NCBI RefSeq assembly: GCF_009834535.1
Contig: NC_045697.1
Coordinates: 66,776,001-66,840,000 of the forward strand
Source of the DNA: Camelus ferus
Taxonomy: Eukaryota
Reading direction: 5' to 3'
DNA: 64,000 nucleotides
The position numbers were made by a program, and so were the translations under genes. Below, one piece after another: positions 63,161 to 64,000 of this stretch. Below the pieces are notes generated by a model that saw nothing but the letters and a program-made list of their open reading frames with translations, ran no database searches and was not told where the DNA came from. Every line of letters starts with the position of its first letter. The first letter of the stretch is position 1.

Positions 63161-64000
63161 TCTCTTTATATTTTTAGCTTCCCCCTCTTCTCAGACAAGG
63201 GAGTGTGTTTTGAAAGCTTGAATTTACTCTCCATGATGTGATGTTTCTTTACATATCCTGGGGCATTGTAACAGTTAACATGCCAACAGTTTTACCAGCT
63301 TTTTCTCTTCTCTTTTTTGATTCTTATAAGTTACCTAAAAATACATCTTTGTATACTCATGTTTTGAGTAGGGAGACCTCATGATTAAGGAAAAATTAGT
63401 CTTTTTAGATTTAACACATTGTGTCTAACTTTTCTTGCTGTTCTGTGATTTTCTAATGTCAGAAACTTAAAATGACTTCATTTCTAATGCCTGAATTTTA
63501 CTTTTGTTGAGAAATATGTTACACGTGTAGTCTAACTGTGTAGGAAAGCAATAAAAAAAATCACTTGAGTATAGTTTGCTTATATTGTTTAAAGTAAATT
63601 TCTAAGGCCAGCTCTTTTATTGTTTTCAGTGTTTACATGCCTTAGATTTTTCATAGCAATTTCAGTAAATTGGCTAAAAAAGCCCCAAAGATTTCAGAGC
63701 CAGGGCTGTTCAGCTGCATTTTTCTTCTACAACCATATTCATGCATTTGACCTTCATCTAACAAAGAGATTCATCATTGCCCTTCCCTAGCCACTGATTA
63801 GTATGTTTGAACTTGACTGTGCTGGTTCTTGTAAACCGAGGTGTTTTGGATCACTTGAGGCTTATAAAGCCAGTAAACAATTCTGAAGGTGTTGATGATA
63901 ACTGAAGGGCTAATGTATGGCAGAACGCTGCTGCCGCTCATACAGAACACACACGCACATCATGGCTAGTGCCGTGCTCAGAGCTCTCTTCCTCGGACCT

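Overview
This is AT-rich mammalian genomic DNA, not prokaryotic. It is almost all intron from the 5' part of BMPR1B (BMP receptor type 1B / ALK6, + strand). Two gene pieces are directly readable. The first is the exon with the canonical start codon (54964-55123; ATG at 54981; [47 protein letters not shown]). The second lies about 51.5 kb upstream and is the homologue of the alternative first coding exon of the long human isoform (donor at 3439/3440). It splices in frame to give ...[16 protein letters not shown], but its expected initiator ATG reads GTA here. A tRNA-derived SINE resembling camelid Vic-1, plus the L1 3'-UTR types, suggest a camelid source. The rest is decayed interspersed repeats (L1, L2, MIR, MER5, Charlie1, MLT2, MLT1, LTR16), several nested and several with readable target-site duplications (TSDs), plus microsatellites. 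Nearly all ORFs in the supplied track are spurious or repeat-derived. I found no convincing new multi-gene system. The best leads are the lost start codon of the signal-peptide-like exon, a SINE-built candidate intronic poly(A) site, and paired NR5A-type motifs. Repeat names come from recalled consensus sequences, and boundaries of ancient repeats are approximate.
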